A stretch of 30,624 nucleotides of DNA from Folioceros fuciformis (taxonomy: Eukaryota): positions 113,034-143,657 of the forward strand of contig JBNGIO010006139.1 in NCBI GenBank assembly GCA_049999805.1. Reading direction: 5' to 3'. Positions 19,814 to 30,624 of the stretch are shown piece after piece. Position 1 is the stretch's first letter. Every line of letters begins with the position of its first letter. The notes beneath the pieces are model-generated. The model was given only the letters and a program-made list of their open reading frames with translations. It did no database searches and had not been told where the DNA came from. The position numbers and the translations under genes are program-made.

Positions 19814-21313
19814 ATGCGTCCTGGCTCTAGTCAGAGTAGTGATGAATGTGACGATGACTTGCGAATCTGCATCCTGAAATGGTATAGCAGGGACGAGGAC
19901 GAGGAGGCTGTGGAGACGGCAAGTCCGCCTCCACAGCCTGAATCGTTTCTTGGCCATGACCTTGCGCATGAGACAAGGGTTCACACGGCTGCCGACTCCA
20001 AGGTCGCAAGATTTGGAGGAGTGCAGGCGAATGATAGGGTCAACGTGTTTTCCATGTTGTCTGCGAGGCAGTCCAACATCTCCGGGAGGGGAATGTTCTC
20101 GCGCTCTGAGCGCTGCCATGTAGGGTCGCGGTTTTTGCCGGCTGATGTGCCCGAGGTGATAGAACAGATCGGTAGTCGGGCATACATCGGACAGTTCTCT
20201 GGAGATGGGACTCTGTTCGTTGCTGGTTTCCAGGACAAACGAATAAGGATATATGATGTGGAAAACGGGTGGTCTCTCAAGAAGAACGTTGTAGCAAGGA
20301 ATTTGCGGTGGACAGTAACTGATACTGATTTGTCCCCTGACCAGCGCTTTTTGGTTTATGCCTCCATAACGCCCATGGTGCACCTTGTCAATGTGAGCAG
20401 CGAAAGTGGTGGGATCACTTCTCTTGCAAACGTTACTGACATACATGAGGGCTTGAATTTTGCCCTAGATTCTGATGCCGAGGGGGTGTTCGGCATATGG
20501 TCTGTCCAGTTTTCAGCAGATGGGCGAGAGCTTGTCGCTGGTAGCAGTGATGCATATATATATGTATATGACCTGGAGACCAATAGGCCAGTTTCATCCA
20601 TACCTGCTCACAGGGATGATGTGAACACAGTGGTGTTTGCAGATAATGGTCCCAACATCCTCTTTTCTGGAAGCGACGACAAACAGTGCAAGGTTTGGGA
20701 CAGACGAACCTTTGGATCTACGACTTCCAATTGTGGGACATTGGATGGTCATTTGGAGGGGATCACATTTATTGACAGTCGAGGAGATGGAAGGTACTTC
20801 ATTTCTAATGGTAAGGATCAGACGACGAAGCTCTGGGATATTAGGAAGCTGTCATCTAGGGTATCACAATCAGTGAAGAAGCAGAAACTTCCAGTGTTTA
20901 GGTGGGATTATCGATGGATGGAATACCCAGGGAAAGACGTGAAGCACCCAATGGATCAGTCCATCATGACTTACAGAGGACATCAGGTTCTTAGAACGCT
21001 TGTCCGTTGTTATTTCTCACCTGCATTCACCACGGGGCAAAAGTATGTATATACTGGGTCGCATGATGGGTGTGTATATGTCTATGATTTGATCACAGGA
21101 GAAATTGTTTCAAAATTGAAGTATCATAAATCGACGGTAAGGGATTGCAGCTGGCATCCATTTGAGCCCACGCTTGTGAGTTCGTCATGGGATGGAAAAG
21201 TTGTCAGGTGGCAACATCATCATGGAGAAGGCACCTTGGAAGGTGGATCGTGTCATTCTTTGGAATCAAGCTCAAGGAATACGACCCACGAAGAATTTTA
21301 TGACAGTGATTGA
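19814..21313 (+). CDS. LEC14B: WD40 protein LEC14B / DCAF11(WDR23)-like, intronless CDS
   Basis: Motifs RAYIGQFS.DG, WTVTDTDLSPD, AHRDDVNTV, DWD boxes VWDRR and LWDIRK, WDYRW, YRGHQVLRTLVRCYFSP, VRDCSWHP. The first in-frame ATG is 19814; the track's start is a GTG. Confidence 0.9.
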   Translation: MRPGSSQSSDECDDDLRICILKWYSRDEDEEAVETASPPPQPESFLGHDLAHETRVHTAADSKVARFGGVQANDRVNVFSMLSARQSNISGRGMFSRSERCHVGSRFLPADVPEVIEQIGSRAYIGQFSGDGTLFVAGFQDKRIRIYDVENGWSLKKNVVARNLRWTVTDTDLSPDQRFLVYASITPMVHLVNVSSESGGITSLANVTDIHEGLNFALDSDAEGVFGIWSVQFSADGRELVAGSSDAYIYVYDLETNRPVSSIPAHRDDVNTVVFADNGPNILFSGSDDKQCKVWDRRTFGSTTSNCGTLDGHLEGITFIDSRGDGRYFISNGKDQTTKLWDIRKLSSRVSQSVKKQKLPVFRWDYRWMEYPGKDVKHPMDQSIMTYRGHQVLRTLVRCYFSPAFTTGQKYVYTGSHDGCVYVYDLITGEIVSKLKYHKSTVRDCSWHPFEPTLVSSSWDGKVVRWQHHHGEGTLEGGSCHSLESSSRNTTHEEFYDSD

Positions 21314-22049
21314 GTCTTGGAACAGTGTCTCGCTGAGCCCTCGAATCTGAACCAGGCGACGTTTTGGCGTTTGCCGGCCTGGTATGTGTTTTTGGATGAC
21401 TCCACAAATGTGTCCTGCTGCAGCCCCACAGATGTTTGGGCAGGATTGTTACGGCACTCCCGAGCATGTGGATACGTGTAAATAAAATCATTAATCTTAG
21501 GCTGTAGCGCGAAAATGGTGAGCATCATTTAGAAGATAGGTTGCGGTGTCGCGAGTTGCCAGTTGATAGTAGCAGTTCTTTGGGATATTGTGGACACCGT
21601 ACATAGCTGAAGGTATATATATGAAGTACAAGGCAAATTATGCCGTCTACAGATGACTAGGGAACATGGAGAAAAGTGATGATCCACCGCAGGAAAGTGG
21701 ATCTCTATGCTCACCTGATCGACAGGGCGGTTTTGAATCTGGCAAGGCTGATTGACAAAGTGCAACGAAACCTTATGGGCAACAAGAGCCAACAGCCTGC
21801 CACGTGACGCCTCGCTTGGTAGGCTCGTGCTGTCTTCTTCTTGGTGAGCATCGAATTTATGTGCCTGATTGACATGTGTTGGGTTTTATAAATTGTGAAA
21901 ATAATAAATAAGGAGAAACCTATTCCGGCGTTGACGAACTTCGAGTTGCCGCAAGCCATTGGCGAGTGCTCTGAAAGGCGGATTCCCTGTAGGTATTGTA
22001 AAGCAATGGTACAGCCGGCTCGCTACCACCTATGGCGGGGCGGGCATGC

Positions 22050-22228
22050 AAGCACGGTCAAACCAAATGCCTTCATGTGGGGGCCCCATAATCTCGGCAC
22101 ATGCTGGGCATGGGAAATCTAATGAAGCTTCACAATCGTACCATGAGATGCGCAGCTCAGGTGTGAAAGCGGGTGCTCACGTTTTTGTAGCTGCCCGTCA
22201 AGCTTCTTATGTGGACTTGAAACATGGC
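22050..22228 (+). pseudogene. Frameshifted PPR gene fragment
   Basis: VKPNAFMWG / PIISAHAGHGKSNEASQSYHEMRSSGVKAGAHVFVAARQAS..DLKHG aligns with VANPDAFTWSAIISAHAQGG...DSHVFVAALQACARGKDLKHG of the 13794 PPR. The frameshift falls in the G-run near 22080. Confidence 0.75.
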
Positions 22229-24729
22229 GGAAACAATTTCGTCGTGACGTGTTACACAGCTGCATTCCTCCTCACACAGCGAGTTGCACTTTTACTTGCT
22301 TCGTACCTGGAAGGTGAGCACCAGGAAGGGTGTTACCCGATTTCTCGATTCGTCTCGCTGAGACTGTTCGGCAACAGAAGATTCGAGTGCGTCATGATCT
22401 CAAGTATTGAACTACAGCCTCCTTGCATCCGCTCTCACACTGTTGAAATGCAGCTGCACAAACTGCTCAACAGAATGATTTCCAGTTCGTGTATCCCAAG
22501 GGCAGGCGCAGGCGCAGTGTCTTTCCCTTCCCCCGTGAAGCAAAGCGTCTTGTTCTGCTTCTTCTGTGCCTGTGGCATAGCAGTGATGTGAACAACCTTT
22601 GGGAAGGGAAGGGAAGGCAAGGCATCCAGAGGAACCGCCAGAACACATCCGTTCTCTGGCAATCCGTTCTCTAGCCATTTGGTAGACGCGAGTGTGTTGC
22701 ACGATCGATCTCCTGTCACTCGCCCAAGCGAAGGGAATCCGACAACTCTTATCCGCTCGAGCGCAAAAGACGTCAGTGCGCGAGAATCGAGAGCAGAGCA
22801 TTGCTGCAGGTTGGTGCCTTCTTTAAGCGCGCTTAATCGTCTAGACCCCCGAGGGATGGATGACGTAGCGAGTCGGCAAACGGAACCGCCATGGGCCGAG
22901 GCAGCTCCGTGAACCCCCGGAGTGAACGGGGGGTACTGTATCCCGGTTCGTGGCCCCACGTAGGTCACCCCGTGTCCGTTTTGAGCAGGGATCCATGGTC
23001 TTCAGCGTGCATTTGCGTCTATGGCTTTCTGTTACCTACTGCCCTGTGCACAACATACACACGGTAGGTAGTGTAGGGTTCTACGAAATTTCTCGGAACT
23101 CACAGCTAGTGTGGCTTAATAGGATTATAGTAGGACACCCTCAGGATCTTTGTCAAACTTCTATGTGGACGTTGTCTTCCAACCACACAATTATAACTTA
23201 CAGGTCACCTGACAAGGAGATGTATCTCAACTTTTTCTCCTTGGAGACATACATATCTTGAAAAATAAGTCCATACATAATATTTGTTATTTTTTTCACT
23301 TTTGGGCGGGGAATAAAACGGCTGAAAATTTAAGATCCTAGGAGATGAATAATCCAAAATAATAAGAACACTAACTAGTCTAGAGAGGACAACGAGGAAT
23401 TGGTAGCAATCACACTAAGAAAGGAAGCATTATTCTTAGATTAAGAACAAAGAGTATTAATTAATCCCTAGTATTAATTAACCTTAGAGCGTTACTTGAT
23501 TGGATTGCAATAAAATAAATAAAGACATTCCAAGAATGATAATCAAAATCATGACACCAATCTAGCATTTACGAGCTGTGCTTAACTCTCAAGCTCGCTC
23601 CCGATCCCTCGGACTCCAAAGCACACATGATGTACAAGGAGCTAGCTACCTACCCGCACAGCTTACAAGTCGATGATAAAATTGTAAGGCCCAACCAAAG
23701 GCTTTGTCAAATAGACTACCGGTATGGTGCAAACAAAAGGCTAGAAGTGGGATGGCCCGCCGTTAATGGTCGACCAGCCAGCCACAACCCGAGATTGTAG
23801 ACCCTAACAAGATGGAAGAATCCTGTAAGTGGGTTTGCACGCAAAGCAAGAACATTAAAAACCTGGCAACCGGCGCGCGCTCTCACCATGATACCATCAA
23901 CCCAAAACCTAGAATCCAAACTTGAGCGGGGCCACCGGGGTGACCTCAGGTGGGGACCAGCTTGCCCAGGCCCGTAGCGCCTCCGTTCCCCGGAGTCGGT
24001 AGGCCACCCCCCAACCCAACCTCCCCCTGCAGGACCAAAGAAAGTGCAAGAGTCGCAGGTACGCAAAACCTCCTCGTCCAGGCGTGGGACAGCGCGACGA
24101 GAAGTTTGTTTTGTCTTACGCCTGATCAAAGACGGAACAAGAGCCACGCGGCGAGTCTGGAGGGAGGCCAACTGGAGGGGAACAGTCAAGGCCAGGCACC
24201 TAGTCCCCGAATTCCAACCGCATGCCGGCCAGGCCCTGAAGAGCAGAGCAGGTCAAAAATAGCCTCAGGAATTGAATTTCAGAGCAGGAGGTATCTACGA
24301 TGCCGAAATCAGAGTTGATGACAGATCATGAGTTTGAAAAGATCTGTCTTCAACACCTCTCGGAAGCAGCGAGTCTCATAGTTTTTAGAAGGTCAACAGA
24401 CAAGGCCATCTGAGGGCACAAAGAAGATGCTCGCTTCTACAATGCTGCTACGTCTTTCGCCATAACCGGCCGACCAACTCGATTTCAAAAATTGTTGGAA
24501 GCCGGAACAAATCTTCACGACAGACCTTCAAGATGCATGCAGATGGAGCCTCCCCAGGACAGCCTTCCAGTGATGTTCGTCCGCTGTGCCAGTAGAAGCA
24601 TACCAAACCTGCTCTACACCTCACCTATGACGACGTCTGCGCCTGGAAACACTTTGGGGCAGGCGGAGACGGTCGAACCCGTAAAGGCCGCACTCTTGCT
24701 GTCTCTCTTCCAAGATACCGGATAGTGTC

Positions 24730-27609
24730 TCAACGAAAGACGTACTTTGGGAGAGTCTTCTTAGCTTTGAGTCTAGAGACGCACAGATACTCTGGAGTCC
24801 CATATATTTCCGTAAAGACTGACAGCTTACAAGCTGAGCCTTCAATGGAGACCTCTCTGTGCAACCAATGCAATCTCTGTGCCACAAACAGAAACCTCTA
24901 TAAACATTAGAAAGGCGCACAGGCACTGCATTCACATCACTTACTGTACCCGATTTCCTGAAGACTAACAACGTTGCAGGGCAACGACAAGGGACAAATC
25001 TGCTGCAACCCAGACATCGTATTAGGGCGGGCTCACCTCAACGCAGTTTCTCATATCTCTGGAAGCATACCCTGTCCCCTTCTGGACAGTTGTACAACAG
25101 GGACGAAATCAGAAAGTAGTCGTCAGCACAGGTTGATGCTAATGTAGTTTCACACGCAAAACACGAGAGGCAAGAACACAGAGCTGAACACATTCATCTA
25201 ACGCTCTCGTAGCACGCTGTAAGACTGTCTCTCACAGGTTCATAGAGCAATCGTCACCAGCGTGCTACACCTCCCATGAGCAAACACTGCAACAAGCTAT
25301 TACTTGGACGCTTCTGGCAACCCAGGATCCTCCAGTTGCAGCCGGTGGCTTGAGAGATGCCTCCCACAGAGCCCTCAAGTGGAGAGCAGCAAAAAAACCA
25401 GCAGGAGCAGGGTCAAGCAAGGGAGGAGAGGTGGAGACAGTAGAGAAACGAAGTCCAGCCAGAGATACCAGATTCAAGTGCAATCAGGACAGAAAAAAGT
25501 CCCGGTATTATCAAAGCAGTGGTGGCCAATGTGGAGAATGGCACCTGCACAATGTTTCTCCATGCAGGCTTCCAATTCAGAGAGCAGCAAGCAAGGAAGA
25601 CAGCTGAGGCAGCCACTTCAGATGGCCGGTACTTGAGACACTCATAGTCTAGGAGAGACAAACAAAGAAAGAATTCTGCCAACTTCGCCAGCTTCTTATT
25701 GCCGTTGAGCACCTTCACATAGCGCCTGTGGAAGACCTCAGACAGGGACGAGGTCAGCACGGAATGTGATGGTCGACCTTGGACACTTCGTGCGGTAAAA
25801 GATGGCATTTGGACGAAAGGGACCTCACCAGAAAAACGTTGCAGCGGTTGGCGTGGAGCACTGGTACTGAAGGCTCTTGAGCACATAAGCCTCCATCTTG
25901 ATAGCATGCTCTTCGGTGAAGCTGTCGGCAGCCATGTCGACCAGGTACTTAATCATGCTGCGCAAACAAAGAGGGCACCGCGTCAAGAAACCATGCAGGG
26001 AAGCGGGGGCGCAACACAACAGGGTGGGCCCAATCGGATTGAAGAGGGCACATACCTCGGCCCTGAAGCTGTCTCTTCCACTTTGATGGCAATCAGCAGA
26101 CATGCCGAGCCAAGTAGCTGAAGCATCTTGCACTGCATGGGAGTATTCTTGAGGCACCGATCCATGAACATCACCGCGCGGAGAGTTGTATCCAATTCCA
26201 AACTGCAGTCCAGCGCAATCTGGAGACCAAGCAGCACAAACATGAGCGAGCGCGAGGCAGGCGACAGACGAACTGCAGGGAATCCAGGCGGTGAAAGACT
26301 GAGCAGCAGGAGACACGGTACCTCATACAGCCAGTTGATCACGCGCTGGCGATGCTCCTCCGCAATGTCCGATCCCGGTGCGCCGATGGCGCCATACAGC
26401 ACCGGCTGGTCCTTCTCCCTGGCCCGCAAATTCTCGAAAATTTCATCCTCATAGACATCAGAGTCCTGCGAGGCGGCAGACACGCGAGCCGGCAACATGA
26501 AGCGCAAGAGCAGCGACATGCAGCACAGCACGCAAGGAACTCCTACTCTCCGTCCAAAGAGCCGGTTCCCCCTACCGCTCTCACGCCGAAAATTGAAGGC
26601 GCGCGCACAGTCACAAACAAGAAGCAGTATGCGGCGGCAAATGCGGGAGGAGGCGCAGGGACGACGGCAGCAGCGAGAAGCTCACCTGCGCAGCAGAATT
26701 GTTGCCCGGAAGGCCGGAATTCGGCACCTGACGCGCCGGCTGCGACACTGCGCACTGCGTATCGCGCGCCACAATTGCGAGCGGCGGGCCGTGGGAATTG
26801 CGTCGCGGCTGCACGACTCCTTCTTGATTGCCGCCGACAGGCGGAATTGCGGCCCTGTCCCCCGCGCTGGAGCAATCCCTGTCACGGCCAGCAGCAGCCG
26901 CCAGGTGCGTCAAGGACGGACTGGACGCGAACACTCTGGTGCGCTCCCGAGTCCTCCCGCATAGCGCAATAGGAGATTCCTCCCAATCCTCCACCACTTC
27001 CGACGACAGCAGACTCTCCTCCCCTTGCGAGCACGTGACAGCGAGGCGAGCACACGGCAGGATGGATCTTGACCAATCCAGAAGTCCGCAGTGCACGCTC
27101 TGCCACTGCCAAGCCTCTCCCTCCGCGTCTTCCGAACAAACCGAGTCCGGTGCTTCCCGGCAGTACATCTCCTCGTCCTCCTCCTCCTCTTCCTCCTCCT
27201 CCTCCTCGTCCTCGTCCTCCTCCTCCTGCGGGACTGCATCATCTTCATACTCCACAACCACTCCATCCTCTCCCTCTTCCTCTTCTTCATCCTCCACTTC
27301 TTCCTCTTCTCCGGCCTCTTCCTCTTCCTCTTCTTCTTCCTCCCCGTCCCCGTCCCCGTCCTCCTCCCCTTCCACTCCCTCCTGCCCCGGCTCCTCCTCC
27401 ACTCCATCTCCGGCTTCAAGGCGCCTGCGCTTCCCGGCGGAGCGGCGGGGGCGCGGCGGCTGCGCGGGAGGCATCACCGGGGGGGCCTGCCCAGGTCGGC
27501 TCTCCAGCGCCATCGCCAGTGCCATGGAGAGCGAGACGGGCAAGGCGCGGCTGACGCGGCCGCGGCGCCTGCCATACACCACCACAGCCTTGCGGCGCTC
27601 CTGCTTCAT
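24730..27609 (-). CDS. Cyclin, SOLO DANCERS (SDS)-like / divergent A-type, 7 exons, with acidic N-terminal tract
   Basis: Phase-consistent exons 27609-26686, 26465-26322, 26219-26056, 25957-25829, 25725-25545, 25081-25037, 24876-24730. Cyclin box RQRVINWLYE, MDRCL, LQLLGSACLLIAIKVEE, MEAYVLKSLQYQCSTPTAATFFWRY, LLDYECLKYRPSEVAASAV, TGYASRDMRNCVERL. Confidence 0.82.
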
Positions 27610-27829
27610 GGAGCTCGGCGATGGCGGCAATGGCAGGATGGCAGCAAGCGGCAACAATGGCGCGCCTGCTGCCTCGCCCGGGACAAGGAGGCGAGAGCGA
27701 GGGCTTGCTCTTGCTCTCGGGCTGTCTCGCTCCGTTTCCCCCCTTCCCCTGCCCCCTCGTCCCCCCGTCCGCGCATTTGCTCACTTCCCTCCTTGCTCCT
27801 CTCCCTCGCCCTTCAGACACGAGTCCCTG

Positions 27830-27927
27830 GGGCGGGCCGGGGCAGGGCAGGGCAGGGCGGGTGACCCGGCCCGGCCCGGCCCAGCCCGGCTCGGCCAGGC
27901 CAGCCCAGGCCAAGCCCAGGGGCCCGC
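27830..27927. repeat. GC-rich pentamer repeats (GGGCA)n/(GCCCG/GCCCA)n upstream of the cyclin
   Basis: gggcagggcagggcagggc followed by cccggcccggcccggcccagcccggc... Confidence 0.75.
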
Positions 27928-28547
27928 CCAACTGGCGCAACCTGCCCCAACCTCACCCACTTCCTCCGGCGAAACGTTCCGCCAGAGCGGCCGCAGCAGG
28001 CGGCGCGGCTTGCGCGCTGCGTTCCGTCCTCGTGACCCGTCATTTTCTTACCCCGTCCCAGACCGGGATCCTCCGCCCCGCTCTACTTCCAAATCAATGC
28101 CTGCCCCCACCACCTTGCCGCTAATTCATTACCATGTTTCCTGCTGGCCCTCCAACATCAATCAACAAGCATTGCATTACCTCCTACACTCCACATTTAG
28201 CTCCCCACATTCATTCCCTTCACTCCATCGCCTCTTTAACACCCATCCCGTCCGTCTCGCGGCACTCGCATTCGGATTCCAATTTCTATGTTAAATATAT
28301 GCATACACAAGCTATAATCCCACAACAGACTCCCTTGTCACTCATAACAAGATTAAGAAGATAACACACAACAACTCTAAGACAAGACAAGCTTGCAAGA
28401 TTGTAGGCTAATCAGTGCATGTGGGTCTCACTCCGAATCCTTATTCCATCCAGGAGACAAGTATCTCTTCGTATCTCCAGTAGCTATCATAGCTCCACGG
28501 CCTTACTATGACCTCTCACATTCAAGTTGGATATCATAGCTTTAGGA

Positions 28548-28748
28548 GTATCTTCTCCCGTCGTCACAACTTTTCCAGGACCGATCCATAGCTCCAGTAG
28601 TACCTTCTCCCATTGCCATAGCTTGTGGAGTATCTTCTCCTGTTGCCATTGCTTTACTAGGACCCTAGGTATCTTCTCTTGTTGTCATAGCTTTACTAGG
28701 ACCTATCCACATCTCTAGGAGTATGTACCTTCTCCCATTGCCACATCT
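28548..28748. repeat. Five degenerate copies of a ~24-bp motif
   Basis: GTA(T/C)CTTCTC(C/T)(C/T)(A/G)TTG(C/T)CA(T/C)AGCT-like units start at 28548, 28600, 28630, 28669 and 28725. Confidence 0.75.
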
Positions 28749-29818
28749 GTCCTTCCCTTTCCTTTCTTTCCTGAGACCTCGAAGGTTCTAGTATTTCTCA
28801 GTAGTGTTGTTTCTGACCCCACACGTCTGAACTTTCCCTCCCATCCTCCCCCCCTCCCGCGTGCTTCATCCTCACCAGGCATGCATACGGATTCAACTAT
28901 TTCTCACAAGTCCCCATCGCATCACTCAATGCACTAGTTGAGTTCATTTCAAGTGAGGTCTGGTCAGTTAAGTTATGCAAAGACTGGAAAAGGTTATATT
29001 TGAAATATTGGGCGCCCACAAATCAAGGTGGATCGTCCCTATGAGTGGCGGCTATGTGACCCCTTAATGGTCGACCCCACACCCTAACCCTATTCTACTC
29101 CAGGCAAGTTGAGGTGTCGTTGCTAATAAATGCATGTGTGTGACGAACGGTCAGTGCGAAACGGTTTCTGCCAGCCCTTGTCAGATTAAGTAAAGCGAAC
29201 TTATGACTTTGCACATAGTCAAGCTAGAGCTTCGAAGGTGGGCGATACGAACATTGTAGAAGAAGCCCGCAAGAGCTATGTACGAACGAACGATGTAGAC
29301 GATGCAAATGACGATAGACACACACAGACACAGACGATGGGCAGACTGCACACCAGTCCTTTCAGTCGTCCTCATCTTAAAAACTGTTCTAAGTCAGGAA
29401 GGTGGTGGGCGATACGAATCTGAATCATTCAAAGCAGCCCAGCTGTTGAGGAGAAGTTCAAACTTCTGTCACATTTCATAGAGCTGTTATGTACTCTACT
29501 TCCCATTAACTAACCAACATTGGGTCGTGACGGTGATGGTACCACGAATAACAGTGAGCCACACATTTTACGCTTGAAACAGTTAGTTTACGCTTCAAAG
29601 AGTCAGAGTCAGAGTCAGTTCTTCTACTCGACTCATTCTTAAGCATAGTAAGTTGAATGTCCATAAACCAAAGTTGTATTCTTAGTATGAGATAACCAGC
29701 AGCCAACATAAGCACTTACACCTATGACCAGCAGCACGGACTTGACAATCTTATCTTGATTCCTAACACTCCTAAGAATAATAATCCATATACCAAGAAC
29801 TTGGGATTCCTTGGAACT

Positions 29819-29857
29819 GCATTCCATTCCATTCCTTTCCTTCCCATTCCTTTCCCT
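29819..29857. repeat. (CATTC/CTTTC)n microsatellite
   Basis: cattccattccattcctttccttcccattcctttccc. Confidence 0.7.
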
Positions 29858-30558
29858 TAGAATAATCACACATGTTCCAAGAACTTCCTTCATAAGGGGG
29901 GGAGGGAGATACAAGTATTTGGCAGTTGAGATGAAGAAGGAGTGCCCTCCGTGTTATGTTTGGACCACATAATCCAGGCCACGAAGTTCAGAGCAGATTT
30001 TTATGCTTTTAATCCTGAATTAAATTAATAAAAGTAATTCCCGGTCAGATCCTGCTTATTATTCTGCATGTGTGCGGTGTGGCCCTTGCTGGCTTTGTCA
30101 ACCAGGGGAAGTGGGTCGGGGAGTGATGAGCCCAAGTGTGCATGCCATGTACTGTAGAGTACGTCGCAGCAGGGAAAGGCAGGCCAGGCTCGATGAGCGA
30201 GTCGCTGGCCACGCAGAGCAGAGCAGAGGAAGAGGAAGAGAAGGAGAAGAGGAGAGCGGATGATGAGGCGTGATGATGTCAGTCCCGGCATATAATATGC
30301 ATTTACTTGGTGTGACTGAAAATGTGATTAGGGTGCAGCTGAGGTGAGGTGAGGTTGCAAAGGTACCGTTTTTGTCCTACCCGGGTGCATGATTGTTTAT
30401 GGCGGTTAATTTGAGTGTAGAGTGGCAGCAAGGCTGCCAATGGGATGCTCCGACTCACACGACTTGCCAGAAACACACAGGCCGCGGCCTTCTCTTGCTG
30501 CCCGGCTGCCCGGCTGCCCCGCTCTCTCTCGTCTCGAGCACCTGCCCACGGGTCTACT

Positions 30559-30624
30559 ACTCCCGACCCTCGACTCCCGACTCCCGACTCCCGACTCCCG
30601 CGTCCCGCGTCCCGACTCCCGGCT
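30559..30624. repeat. (GACTCCC/GCGTCCC)n heptamer repeat to the window end
   Basis: ctcccgaccctcgactcccgactcccgactcccgactcccgcgtcccgcgtcccgactccc. Confidence 0.85.

Noticed and set aside
22900-24500. Possible LTR or Helitron remnant (TGTAAG at ~23683; GC hairpin at ~22913-22933)
   Set aside because: No paired LTR, TSD, PBS, CTRR end or transposon coding motifs found.
26828-28294. 488-aa Ser/Pro-rich ORF and overlapping frames
   Set aside because: Opposite-strand reading of the cyclin Glu tract and GC-rich promoter repeats.
29236-29418. 15-bp direct repeat GGTGGGCGATACGAA (two copies ~167 bp apart)
   Set aside because: Only two copies and no associated structure; cannot be interpreted.
30259-30320. 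TGATGA ... CTGA as a C/D snoRNA
   Set aside because: Short, with no terminal stem and no recognisable rRNA complementarity.

Overview
Compact, gene-dense eukaryotic nuclear DNA with short GT-AG introns and one 100-N gap (9242-9341). It is most likely a hornwort (Anthoceros-like); this is inferred from PLS-class PPR genes with 37-aa 'LL'-type motifs and a WW-type (GQSWW) C-terminal box. Protein-coding genes in order: PLS-PPR (-, runs off the left edge), 8-exon ISN1-family IMP 5'-nucleotidase (-), candidate 46-aa microprotein (+), intronless plastid aspartate aminotransferase (+), neutral ceramidase (+), PLS-PPR with truncated WW-type deaminase end (+), glyoxalase/VOC protein (+), TSPO (-), intronless WD40 LEC14B/DCAF11-like (+), a PPR pseudogene fragment, and an SDS-like cyclin (-). 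The main signal invisible to the ORF track is a family of four box C/D snoRNAs of the U40/SNORD46/snR63 type, whose guide GTCATAGTTAC pairs with LSU rRNA helix 69. One intact copy sits in an ISN1 intron. Three more form a 149-bp-period tandem array 3 kb away in different states of decay. I do not see a convincing wholly new multi-gene system. The best leads are the snoRNA family, the apparently plastid-targeted ISN1 with an 18-nt micro-exon, and the small ORF.
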